DNA of 44,269 nt. Source: a virus. Every line of letters starts with the position of its first letter. The stretch's first letter is position 1. Positions 16,966-24,613 of this stretch are shown in pieces. The stretch spans positions 1 to 44,269 of the IMG/VR virus record IMGVR_UViG_3300010396_000023. One strand, given 5' to 3'. The translations under genes were made by a program, and so were the position numbers. Below the pieces are notes generated by a model. The model saw only the letters and a program-made list of their open reading frames with translations. It had not been told where the DNA came from and did not search any database.

Positions 16966-17705
16966 GATAGCTCCATGATGAGGCCAAGTCCACCACCGCC
17001 AAGACCCCCAGAAGCACTTCCCGAACTCGGGGGGCTGGCGCCACCACTACCACCCGCCGCATAGCCGACGGCGTTGGAGCCTATACCTGCTCCCACCGGC
17101 AATCCCCCTTGTCCCCAAAGGGCAGAGGCTCCTTGTCCACTCATCACCGCCGAGGTTCCAAGGGATATCCCGGCCAATCCGGCCGCAGCATGACCTACGA
17201 TCAAACCACCCGCCGTCCCCCCGGCACCGCCGAGGGTAAAGGTGGGTGCAGTAACCGCTGTCCCCGAAATGCCGGCTTTCCCGCCACCCGCTGATAGGGT
17301 ACTGAAAGTAGACGCCCCTCCATCCCCGCCGCTCAGACCACCTGCCCCTATTGTGAAGGGTAGGTTATTGAAGTTAGTAGTGAACAGTTGCATGGCAAAA
17401 GCCCCCGCACCGCCACCTCCACCCACCGAAACCTGACCGGTCAAGGTTGAGGCGGATGCACCGCCGCCCCCTCCACCACCCCACGCCATAACCAGCACGT
17501 TATTCGTACCATTACTAGCTACATATATCCCGCTGGCCACCACCGGGATAAAGTCGCGTAAACGTCCAGCGCTAGAAGAAGAAAGGAACTGGGCTAGTTG
17601 CAGAAACCATTGCAGCCAGATAGGGTTGAACTGGTTATCGCCGCTCTGCTCATTGACGATGACGGGCAGGGCGAAGGTAGGAGGAGTCGGGTAAACGGTA
17701 GCCAT
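16962..17705 (-). CDS. Glycine-rich tail/virion protein
   Basis: 247 aa. It has an ordered N-terminus (FNPIWLQWFLQLAQFL) followed by WGGGGGGGASAS...GGGGGAGA blocks typical of phage glycine-rich fibre-associated domains. TAATG coupling to the hub gene. Confidence 0.6.
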   Translation of the reverse strand: MATVYPTPPTFALPVIVNEQSGDNQFNPIWLQWFLQLAQFLSSSSAGRLRDFIPVVASGIYVASNGTNNVLVMAWGGGGGGGASASTLTGQVSVGGGGGAGAFAMQLFTTNFNNLPFTIGAGGLSGGDGGASTFSTLSAGGGKAGISGTAVTAPTFTLGGAGGTAGGLIVGHAAAGLAGISLGTSAVMSGQGASALWGQGGLPVGAGIGSNAVGYAAGGSGGASPPSSGSASGGLGGGGLGLIMELS

Positions 17706-19138
17706 TACCCGTCTCCCAGTTCGAGGTCGGCTTCAAGGGCTTGGACAAGCCGTCCACCCGCAGTGCTGGCCTGACGGAGATGCCATACCCGCCGACGGAA
17801 GGTGCCACAGTTAGCCAAGTATGGATCAACCATACCCATATCAACTTCACGAAAGTTCGACCACGTACGGTAGTTGTCATCCGATACACGAATCTGAAGG
17901 ACGTTTCCAGGGTAGTTATCCCCCACCACCCGCAGCCGATCAATCACTTTCCGGCGGTGCGTGCCCCCGTCAAACTCTGGGGTGTAAACATCCGTCGGCA
18001 CAATCACACCGTTATCTGTGCCCACTTGTGTACTCAATTTATACAGCCGACCATCCGACTGTCCTTGGCAGATGGTCTGGCCACCTAGGAAGGTTGAAGC
18101 CACGATCGGCATGTAATTGCCTGAGGTGTCCGTCCACTCGTACCACATTTTCTGAGCAATGTCATAAACCAGTGTGACGTTGAGGTTCTGGATAGTCAAA
18201 CAGTAAAACAGATGCCCATCGATTTTTCCGGTCCAGGCGTACACATTACCCGAATAGTATCCTTGCGCATCGGCGTATTGCAGGAGACGCTCCACCTGGG
18301 GCGTCGAACAGGGTTGTCCCGTGGCCTGATCCATGATCCGCACGGAGGACCCGCCATTTCGAATCTGGTCGACCCACAGAAGCACGCCCGCCAATTCTGC
18401 TACCGTGCGGGCATCCCGACAACCGTAGTTGAGCTTCTGACCCGGCACCGAGCCGAGTGGAGAGCCGGTGGCGTTCCCCGCATCGAAGAACATCTCTATA
18501 CTATAGGTCTTGAACGCCACCACATAGACAAGCTGCTTGAGAAGCGCAATTCCCGGACACGGCTCACTCTGGGCCACAATCAAGTTGGTAGCTACCCATT
18601 GTCCAGTAGCCACATTGTTTATGTTAGAACCCCAGATGTTAGCCTGAGCATCCATCACATACATAGTACCATCAAGGTACACACAGCCCGGTACGGAAGT
18701 TGTAAAGCTCCCCGGCGTGATAGCGGTCAAGCCCGCGGAGGAATTGTAGTAGTAATAGTGCGAACCGTTCTGAAGGAAGAGGGAAGGAGTGGCACCGAGC
18801 AGAGAGCTGAAAGTGTAGGGTGCGGAGGAATCCACAGCTCCGAGTGCCGTGGTACCCGCATAGAGGGTTCCCCCGAACACCGAGTACACTACATTATTCC
18901 AGTTAAATACTCCCAAGCCCGAGGCTGCGCCTCCGGAGGGCTGGGTGTAAGGAACCAAACATGGTCGCTTGTAAATCCACACTTCCCCGCGCTCTACCTG
19001 CTCTGCGTAGGCATTCACCAAGCGGCCATCGATCTTGTAATTCTCACTCCGGTTCCGGAGGTCTGTTGCAAGGGGAATGCGAATAGGCCGACTATCGCCG
19101 ACCCCTTGTCCACCCGTGCCTTGCGGAGGTGTGCTCAT
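17705..19138 (-). CDS. Tail hub / nozzle protein (P22 gp10 / T7 gp12 positional analogue)
   Basis: 477 aa with beta-rich repetitive G..Y patterns. It immediately follows the adaptor-like gene with ATGA coupling. Confidence 0.55.
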   Translation of the reverse strand: MSTPPQGTGGQGVGDSRPIRIPLATDLRNRSENYKIDGRLVNAYAEQVERGEVWIYKRPCLVPYTQPSGGAASGLGVFNWNNVVYSVFGGTLYAGTTALGAVDSSAPYTFSSLLGATPSLFLQNGSHYYYYNSSAGLTAITPGSFTTSVPGCVYLDGTMYVMDAQANIWGSNINNVATGQWVATNLIVAQSEPCPGIALLKQLVYVVAFKTYSIEMFFDAGNATGSPLGSVPGQKLNYGCRDARTVAELAGVLLWVDQIRNGGSSVRIMDQATGQPCSTPQVERLLQYADAQGYYSGNVYAWTGKIDGHLFYCLTIQNLNVTLVYDIAQKMWYEWTDTSGNYMPIVASTFLGGQTICQGQSDGRLYKLSTQVGTDNGVIVPTDVYTPEFDGGTHRRKVIDRLRVVGDNYPGNVLQIRVSDDNYRTWSNFREVDMGMVDPYLANCGTFRRRVWHLRQASTAGGRLVQALEADLELGDG

Positions 19139-19851
19139 TGGAAGTCCATACCGTAGAAGCCCATACGCGCATCAGGCACGAATTGGGTGGGGGCATCCTC
19201 TACATCCCAATCGTCCAGGGCTTGGCGGTACATAGCCGCCTTGGCTTGGCACCGCTGCACAATCCGCTCGGGTTGACCGGAGGCCAGCTCATCCGCCAGC
19301 CCCCATCGCAGGGCCAAGCCCCACTCGATAGGGAAGCCCATCGAATCAGTAAGGGCGACAGGGTTAACCATCTGCTGCCGAGTGATGAGGTGGAGGGTAC
19401 CCGTTGCGGCCACCGCATCCGGGACAAGCCACGTCTTCACAATGAACTGAGTCTGCTGCTTGTCCACAAAGTAGCTGTTGATTTGGCCTTGCTGGTTGAC
19501 CTGGGATAGTCGGACCCAGTCATCCCAGGCAAGGGGAATGAGCGGGCGGCGGATGCCTGCGGAGTCCGCGTAGTATCCCTCCACCACCTGAAGGGGCTTG
19601 GTCATCACCACAGTCCCTGCCGGCCCCATCGTGTAGGTGCTCTGCCCCGCAACCAACGTGATCCCAATATCCGCAGTGATCCAGAGCTTCAATCCCTGCG
19701 TCACCCAGAAGTTAACCATGTCCTGCAGTAGCATCCACCCGCGCGCCATCTGCTCGCTGTTCGGGACCGACCCCTCTTGCACGAGGAGACAGTCCCGATA
19801 GGCGAAGGTGATGATGCGCCCGGCTGTGTACTGGGAGACAGGCGTGGTCAT
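19135..19851 (-). CDS. Head-to-tail adaptor-like protein
   Basis: 238 aa. The call rests on position between the head genes and the tail hub, with ATGA coupling on both sides. Confidence 0.5.
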   Translation of the reverse strand: MTTPVSQYTAGRIITFAYRDCLLVQEGSVPNSEQMARGWMLLQDMVNFWVTQGLKLWITADIGITLVAGQSTYTMGPAGTVVMTKPLQVVEGYYADSAGIRRPLIPLAWDDWVRLSQVNQQGQINSYFVDKQQTQFIVKTWLVPDAVAATGTLHLITRQQMVNPVALTDSMGFPIEWGLALRWGLADELASGQPERIVQRCQAKAAMYRQALDDWDVEDAPTQFVPDARMGFYGMDFQ

Positions 19852-20300
19852 GACAACCCCGGACCTTGCTTGACCAGGTCCAACACGATCATGTAGACGA
19901 GCGGATCACTGGCAGTGAGGGTGGGCGGGGGAGAGGTGAAGCTCGTCGACAACCCAATCCCTCCGGTCCATCCCGGTGAGGCCTGCGCCGTATACCCGCT
20001 AATCCCGCCGAAGTTCTTGAAGTGCTTGTTTCCCCGACCTGCCATCGGGAGGATGATCTGCGGGGTCGTGGCGTCCCAGAACAACGACACACTCATCCCG
20101 TCCGAGATAGCGAACTCGATGAAGTCGATCCGCCAGGTAGCGGGTTTGCCATAGGGGCCGAGGCTGTAGGTAGCACCATAGGTGAGGGGAGCGAGCTTGA
20201 CGTTATACGCCTCCATCGACGTGTCAAGCTCCCCCGTGAACTTGGCCACCGTATTCCGGGGGCCGTCCTGGAGAATTTGGACCTGAACGGCGTTAGCCAT
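19848..20300 (-). CDS. Hypothetical virion protein
   Basis: 150-aa ORF in the structural operon with protein-like composition. Confidence 0.6.
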   Translation of the reverse strand: MANAVQVQILQDGPRNTVAKFTGELDTSMEAYNVKLAPLTYGATYSLGPYGKPATWRIDFIEFAISDGMSVSLFWDATTPQIILPMAGRGNKHFKNFGGISGYTAQASPGWTGGIGLSTSFTSPPPTLTASDPLVYMIVLDLVKQGPGLS

Positions 20301-20302
20301 GA

Positions 20303-21055
20303 TTAGCGCTCCAGGAAAGACCCGAAGAAATCGGCCTGCATTGTCTTCGAGGTGGCGGTGCCGGACTGGAGAGCCAACGTCGGGTTCATGCCCACGGTAG
20401 GATAGGCACTAGCCGTGAACCGCCCAACCGGACCAAGGGTGGCCGTGTTGTAGGTAGTGGTTTTGTTCCCTACCAATCCCACACCGGCGAAAACCGTGAA
20501 TTCCTGCGTCCTTGGTTCGAACTGCCAGCCTAGGTCGAAGAACACGTTGTTGGTGGGAGTGAAAATCCCATTCAACGAGAATGAGCCCTTCGAGGCACTC
20601 CCGACCAGCACATTGCAGGTGATGGTGGCAGCGCCGGAGGCCTTGTTGAAATATATTCCGTCCGTCGGTGCGAAAGGCGTGGTCGTGGTGTTCAACCAGC
20701 CTACCGTGAACTGCGGATTCAGCACATCCGGCAACATGATACGGGCGCAAAAGGCCAACGTGGAGGTGAGTGCTGTTGGCACTTCAAAGTCCGAATTGGG
20801 CCGCTGGATGGAGGCCAGATCCGTACCAGCCGGCGTGCTGGAGTTGGTGGTAAACAATGCCAGACCGCCAACACCCGGCGTAGGTGCGACGGTGCCATTA
20901 CCCGTGGCAGTGACCGTAATACCATCCGGACGCCACGGCGTGAAGTCATCGGCATCAACCGCATAGAAAAAAGGATTGGGAACCCCAATGTTGCCAAGGG
21001 GTTGCCACTCGTAGCTCTGGGTAAATCCAGAAATGAAACGGGACGGTTCCGACAC
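20303..21055 (-). CDS. Hypothetical virion protein (beta-rich)
   Basis: 250-aa ORF with a GTG start and GGAG 6 nt upstream. It is the first gene after the MCP-downstream hairpin. Confidence 0.6.
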   Translation of the reverse strand: MSEPSRFISGFTQSYEWQPLGNIGVPNPFFYAVDADDFTPWRPDGITVTATGNGTVAPTPGVGGLALFTTNSSTPAGTDLASIQRPNSDFEVPTALTSTLAFCARIMLPDVLNPQFTVGWLNTTTTPFAPTDGIYFNKASGAATITCNVLVGSASKGSFSLNGIFTPTNNVFFDLGWQFEPRTQEFTVFAGVGLVGNKTTTYNTATLGPVGRFTASAYPTVGMNPTLALQSGTATSKTMQADFFGSFLER

Positions 21056-21089
21056 GATGGGCTCCTAAAGGGAATTGTTCGAAAAGAAA

Positions 21090-21117
21090 CCGGGAAACGA
21101 CGCACGCCGTCCCCCGG
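21090..21117. promoter_or_regulatory. CCGGGAAAC-N10-GTccCCCGG palindrome between the MCP and the next gene; attenuator-like on the minus strand
   Basis: The left half-site is exact, the spacer is 10 nt and the right half has 2 mismatches. On the transcribed (minus) strand the hairpin is followed by TTCTTTTC. A second direct variant, CCGGTAAAC, lies at 21114-21122. Confidence 0.5.
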
Positions 21118-21132
21118 TAAACCACCCACCAA

Positions 21133-22053
21133 TCAGGGACCGTTCGAGCCGAAGATCGATCGCACGTCCGAGCACCCGACCGAGAACCGCATATACGTAG
21201 CGGCCTTCGCGTTCTTGGTGTCGAAGTCGTTGTCCTGATCGAACTCGGGCTGATCGCGCCAGAACATCTTCATGCCGTTCGGGCAGTTCGTGCGGATGAA
21301 CCATGCATGCGGGGAAGTGAAGTAGTGGTTCATCTTGATCCCCTTCGGGAACGCGTTCGTGGCCTTCAGCACGTTCACGTTGTTCGAGGAGGTGTTGGAC
21401 TGAAGCACCGACTTCATGATGCGGTTCGCGTTGTACCAGTCCTGTCGGGAGACGTGCAGTGACTCCGGCATAATGGAGATCAGCAACCCACGATCGTTCT
21501 GTGTGCCCATGATCTCGATGCACATATCTTCGAATGCCGCTTCGGAGATGTCGACCGAGGGGAAGAGCTGGTTGGAGAACGTGCCGCCCGTCACGTTAAC
21601 GTGAGCCGTGGAGATCAACGGCTGTCCGTCCGGCGTTGTGAAGTACGTCGAGGAGAACGCGTTGTTGTAGAGGAACGCGCAGACGTTCTCGATGGTCTGG
21701 TTGATCGAGAAGGCGTTGGCCTTCGCACGATCGGTCGAGACCTTCTCGTAGAGGTTGTCGCGGAGTTCCTCGTACGTGACCTGGTAGCCCAGCGCGTACG
21801 CGATATGCACATACGTCGTGACCCAACCCTGCCCTTCCGAGTCGTACGACACCGGAGCGCCCTGAGCCTTCACCGGCGCAAGGCCGAAGGAAGCCACCTG
21901 CACGTCCTGTTCGTATGCTTGTTCGGAGTCTTCGATGTCGTAGAGGTCCACGTACTCCTTCGCATGCTCGTTGTAGAGCTGACCCCAAATCGCATGCACC
22001 CCAGGCCAAAGTAGCTTGGGATGCGAGGAGGTATTGATTACGCCGCCAGCCAT
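21133..22053 (-). CDS. Major capsid protein (HK97-fold type)
   Basis: 306 aa after the scaffold and decoration-like genes. The C-terminal DFDTKNAKAATYMRFSVGCSDVRSIFGSNG is typical of HK97-like MCP C-termini. There is a strong RBS (AAGGGAG). Confidence 0.8.
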   Translation of the reverse strand: MAGGVINTSSHPKLLWPGVHAIWGQLYNEHAKEYVDLYDIEDSEQAYEQDVQVASFGLAPVKAQGAPVSYDSEGQGWVTTYVHIAYALGYQVTYEELRDNLYEKVSTDRAKANAFSINQTIENVCAFLYNNAFSSTYFTTPDGQPLISTAHVNVTGGTFSNQLFPSVDISEAAFEDMCIEIMGTQNDRGLLISIMPESLHVSRQDWYNANRIMKSVLQSNTSSNNVNVLKATNAFPKGIKMNHYFTSPHAWFIRTNCPNGMKMFWRDQPEFDQDNDFDTKNAKAATYMRFSVGCSDVRSIFGSNGP

Positions 22054-22065
22054 GATGATTCTCCC

Positions 22066-22662
22066 TTAGACGCCTGCCGTGCCGGCAGCAAGTTCGTGGT
22101 TGTTGATCTTGACCAGCCACTTGGCGTACTGGCCGAAGGTGTTGTCGATCGTGCGCTGCAGGCCCAAGATGCGGAGCTGCAGGGTGGCCGTGGTAGCGAG
22201 GCCTGAGTTGTTCAGAGTCCAGCCCGACACATAGCCGTTGTTGGTGCCGGAGAACAGGTTCGCATTCGAACCAATATCCGCCGCCGTGAGGTACGTCGTG
22301 GTGTTGCCCTCTTGGATCGAGAAGATCACGTTCGGGTCATCGACCACCATCACGTAGTAGGGCTGGGTCTTCGTGGCCGGGATGATGAGGGTGTTCAGGT
22401 TGTTCGGGTCCGCCATCAGGCTTTCCTTCGTGCCGATACCCACAATCGCACCACGCACTGCATTGCCCGTCCCTGCGGTGGCCAAGGTCACGCCCGCCAC
22501 CCCGTTCGAATCGCCAGAGCCCGAAGAAGCCACCGGGTCGCCAATGGCGTAAGCATTGGTGTCCGCCTGGGCGATGAAATAGGTGCGCGCCTGGCCAGAC
22601 CAGGGCGACCCGTTTAGGTACTGCACCGGCACCAGCCCGGCCGGCTTGTTCGGGTTTGCCAT
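22066..22662 (-). CDS. Head decoration / cement-like protein
   Basis: 198 aa immediately upstream of the MCP. MANPNKPAGLVPV...AIGDPV...GVAGV is reminiscent of capsid cement/decoration proteins. AGGAG RBS. Confidence 0.5.
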   Translation of the reverse strand: MANPNKPAGLVPVQYLNGSPWSGQARTYFIAQADTNAYAIGDPVASSGSGDSNGVAGVTLATAGTGNAVRGAIVGIGTKESLMADPNNLNTLIIPATKTQPYYVMVVDDPNVIFSIQEGNTTTYLTAADIGSNANLFSGTNNGYVSGWTLNNSGLATTATLQLRILGLQRTIDNTFGQYAKWLVKINNHELAAGTAGV

Positions 22663-22686
22663 TTTAAACTCCTAAAGGGTATGTGC

Positions 22687-23193
22687 CTAGCGTCGCCGCT
22701 TCGGCGTAAACAAAGATGAGGTCATCTGGTTCTTGTAGCGCTCGGAGGTGTCGTAGGGATTGGCCTCGCCGGCCAATGCGCCCTGACGGTCTCCCCGGAG
22801 TGCCGAGGCCACTTGCTCATTCCGCTGCTCGAGCATCGCCTGATCTTGTTCCCACAGCTCGGTGGGCAACTTCATCAGGTACAGCCGTTCGTCGCTGTCG
22901 CCCCCAATGGCAGCCGGTACACTGAACCGGGTGCCCATATCTGTCGAGCCGTTTGCTTGGGCAGCGCCAGCGAGGTCGAAGTTGTTGATGTCAACTCCAT
23001 CGTCTTCCGTCACGAAGGTATAACCCGCCCGGAGGGCGCGTGCGACGCGCGACGTGAGAAACCAATGGATGTGATACCCAGGAATATCCGCTACTTCCAG
23101 GTGACGTTGGGGGACGGCCATAGGAATGCGGTCCTTACCGGACAGCTTTAGATCGGTCATGTTGGCCGGATTGGCCTTTCCAGGATTGCTCAT
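22687..23193 (-). CDS. Head-assembly associated protein (unknown function)
   Basis: 168 aa between the scaffold and the decoration-like gene. AAGGAG RBS. Confidence 0.6.
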   Translation of the reverse strand: MSNPGKANPANMTDLKLSGKDRIPMAVPQRHLEVADIPGYHIHWFLTSRVARALRAGYTFVTEDDGVDINNFDLAGAAQANGSTDMGTRFSVPAAIGGDSDERLYLMKLPTELWEQDQAMLEQRNEQVASALRGDRQGALAGEANPYDTSERYKNQMTSSLFTPKRRR

Positions 23194-23196
23194 GGT

Positions 23197-24018
23197 TTAC
23201 TCCTTCTCGAAATAAATCTTGGCGTAGTAGGACTGCCACTCCACCGGGGTTTTGAATGCCCGACCTTCCCCCACCATCTTCTTGATGCGGGAGTCACAGG
23301 CCTCTTTGGCGTCCGCAGGGAGGGCGTCGTAGCTACGCGACCCACCCCCACCCCCACCTCCCTCGCCCGAGGGTCGACCACTGCCCACCTTTGAGTGCCC
23401 ACCCCCGGGTTGATGACGGCGAGTAAGTTCCTCCGATACCTTGTCGAAGAAGGCCTTGCCTGCCAGCCCCTCGTTAGCCGGATCAGCCTCTAGGAGTTGG
23501 GCGATGCCCATCGCTTCCTTTGTCTTGCGCACGTCCACCCCGAACCAAGGATTGGCGTCGCGCCACGCCACAAAGGCAGGGTCGAGCTGCGGCTGAGTCG
23601 GTGTGTCGGGTACGGGTGCCTTCACAGGCTTTTCAATAGGTTGTTCCCTGCCCAGTGCCGCAATCTCCGTCTGTATCTCAACCTCCGCCGCCACATCTCC
23701 ATCTTCCCGAGCCGCAGCCAGCCGTTCGGTCAGCTCACGCTTCTGTTGGGCAAGCCGCTCTTTGAGGTTCTGCTCGTGGAAGGCCTGGAGCTCGGTGATG
23801 GATTCCTGGGAAGCCTGGAATAACTCAGCCAGTTTTTTATTCTCCGCCGCAACCCGCGCGACTTCTGCCTCCGCGCGCCGCAGTTTAGAAGTCACCACCG
23901 GAAGGACCTTCTCCCCGCGTTCGAGAAACTCCTCCGCAGTCCTCCACTTTTCCGCAGGCCCCCGGAACTCTTCCAGCGGAACCCACCCTTGCTCCCGTGC
24001 TTGCATTTCGATGTTCAT
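23197..24018 (-). CDS. Scaffolding protein
   Basis: 273 aa with a long charged coiled-coil segment (RRAEAEVARVAAENKKLAELFQASQESITELQAF...). It lies between the portal and the capsid genes. GAGGAG RBS. Confidence 0.7.
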   Translation of the reverse strand: MNIEMQAREQGWVPLEEFRGPAEKWRTAEEFLERGEKVLPVVTSKLRRAEAEVARVAAENKKLAELFQASQESITELQAFHEQNLKERLAQQKRELTERLAAAREDGDVAAEVEIQTEIAALGREQPIEKPVKAPVPDTPTQPQLDPAFVAWRDANPWFGVDVRKTKEAMGIAQLLEADPANEGLAGKAFFDKVSEELTRRHQPGGGHSKVGSGRPSGEGGGGGGGSRSYDALPADAKEACDSRIKKMVGEGRAFKTPVEWQSYYAKIYFEKE

Positions 24019-24021
24019 TGC

Positions 24022-24366
24022 TCACTCCTCCACAATGCCTGCGAAGATGTCGCGGTCGTTTACCAGACGGTACAGCTTCCCGTCCCGTGTTCCCTTGGCC
24101 ATGTATCCTGCCATCTTGCTGATCAGGACCCGATCACCGGGCTTTGCGCGGGCGGGTTCGTCGGGCCAGCAAGCCGGTCCCACCGCGATTACCACCGCGC
24201 GCTGCTCCACCAACAGGGTCCGTTCCTTTACGGAATCGGGGAGTTCAATGAGGGCTCCTGCCCGTTCGGGTTCGTAGTGCTCGACGAGAACCGCACGGCC
24301 GAGGGGGACAAGCCCGCTCTCATTCGTCGGAATCGTCGTCGGTTGGTTCTCTGCTTGATTGCTCAT
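24022..24366 (-). CDS. groES: GroES/Cpn10-like co-chaperonin
   Basis: LVPLGRAVLVEHYEPERAGALIELPDSVKERTLLVEQRAVVIAVGP and KPGDRVLISKMAGYMAKGTRDGKLYRLVNDRDIFAGIVEE align well with GroES (IRPLHDRVIVKR...GEVLAVG...VGDIVIF...ILAIVE). An alternative GTG start lies at 24369. Confidence 0.8.
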   Translation of the reverse strand: MSNQAENQPTTIPTNESGLVPLGRAVLVEHYEPERAGALIELPDSVKERTLLVEQRAVVIAVGPACWPDEPARAKPGDRVLISKMAGYMAKGTRDGKLYRLVNDRDIFAGIVEE

Positions 24367-24613
24367 CACTTAGCTCTCCTAGGATTGTCAGGTGGTCAAT
24401 TTCGAGGACGTCGCGGTAGACCTGACATTGCGCGACGGCGTGGTTGTTGGCGAGTACCGCAGCCTCTGTCGTGGCGTGCGTGAATGCGCCTTCAGCCCAT
24501 TGCTCCTTCAGCCCCGCTATTCGGGACTCCAGCACCGCCTTGAGGGCCTTGGTTGCCGGGTGTTGTTCCCATTCCCCCCATTCCTCCTGGGAGGGTACCT
24601 TGCTCATGTGCAT
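24320..24613 (-). CDS. Hypothetical protein overlapping the portal 3' end and the GroES-like 5' end
   Basis: 97 aa with globular-looking composition (EEWGEWEQHPATKALKAVLESRIAGLKEQW...). GGAG lies 7 nt upstream of the ATG at 24613. It overlaps the portal by 122 nt and the GroES-like gene by 47 nt. Confidence 0.5.
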   Translation of the reverse strand: MHMSKVPSQEEWGEWEQHPATKALKAVLESRIAGLKEQWAEGAFTHATTEAAVLANNHAVAQCQVYRDVLEIDHLTILGELSDEQSSREPTDDDSDE

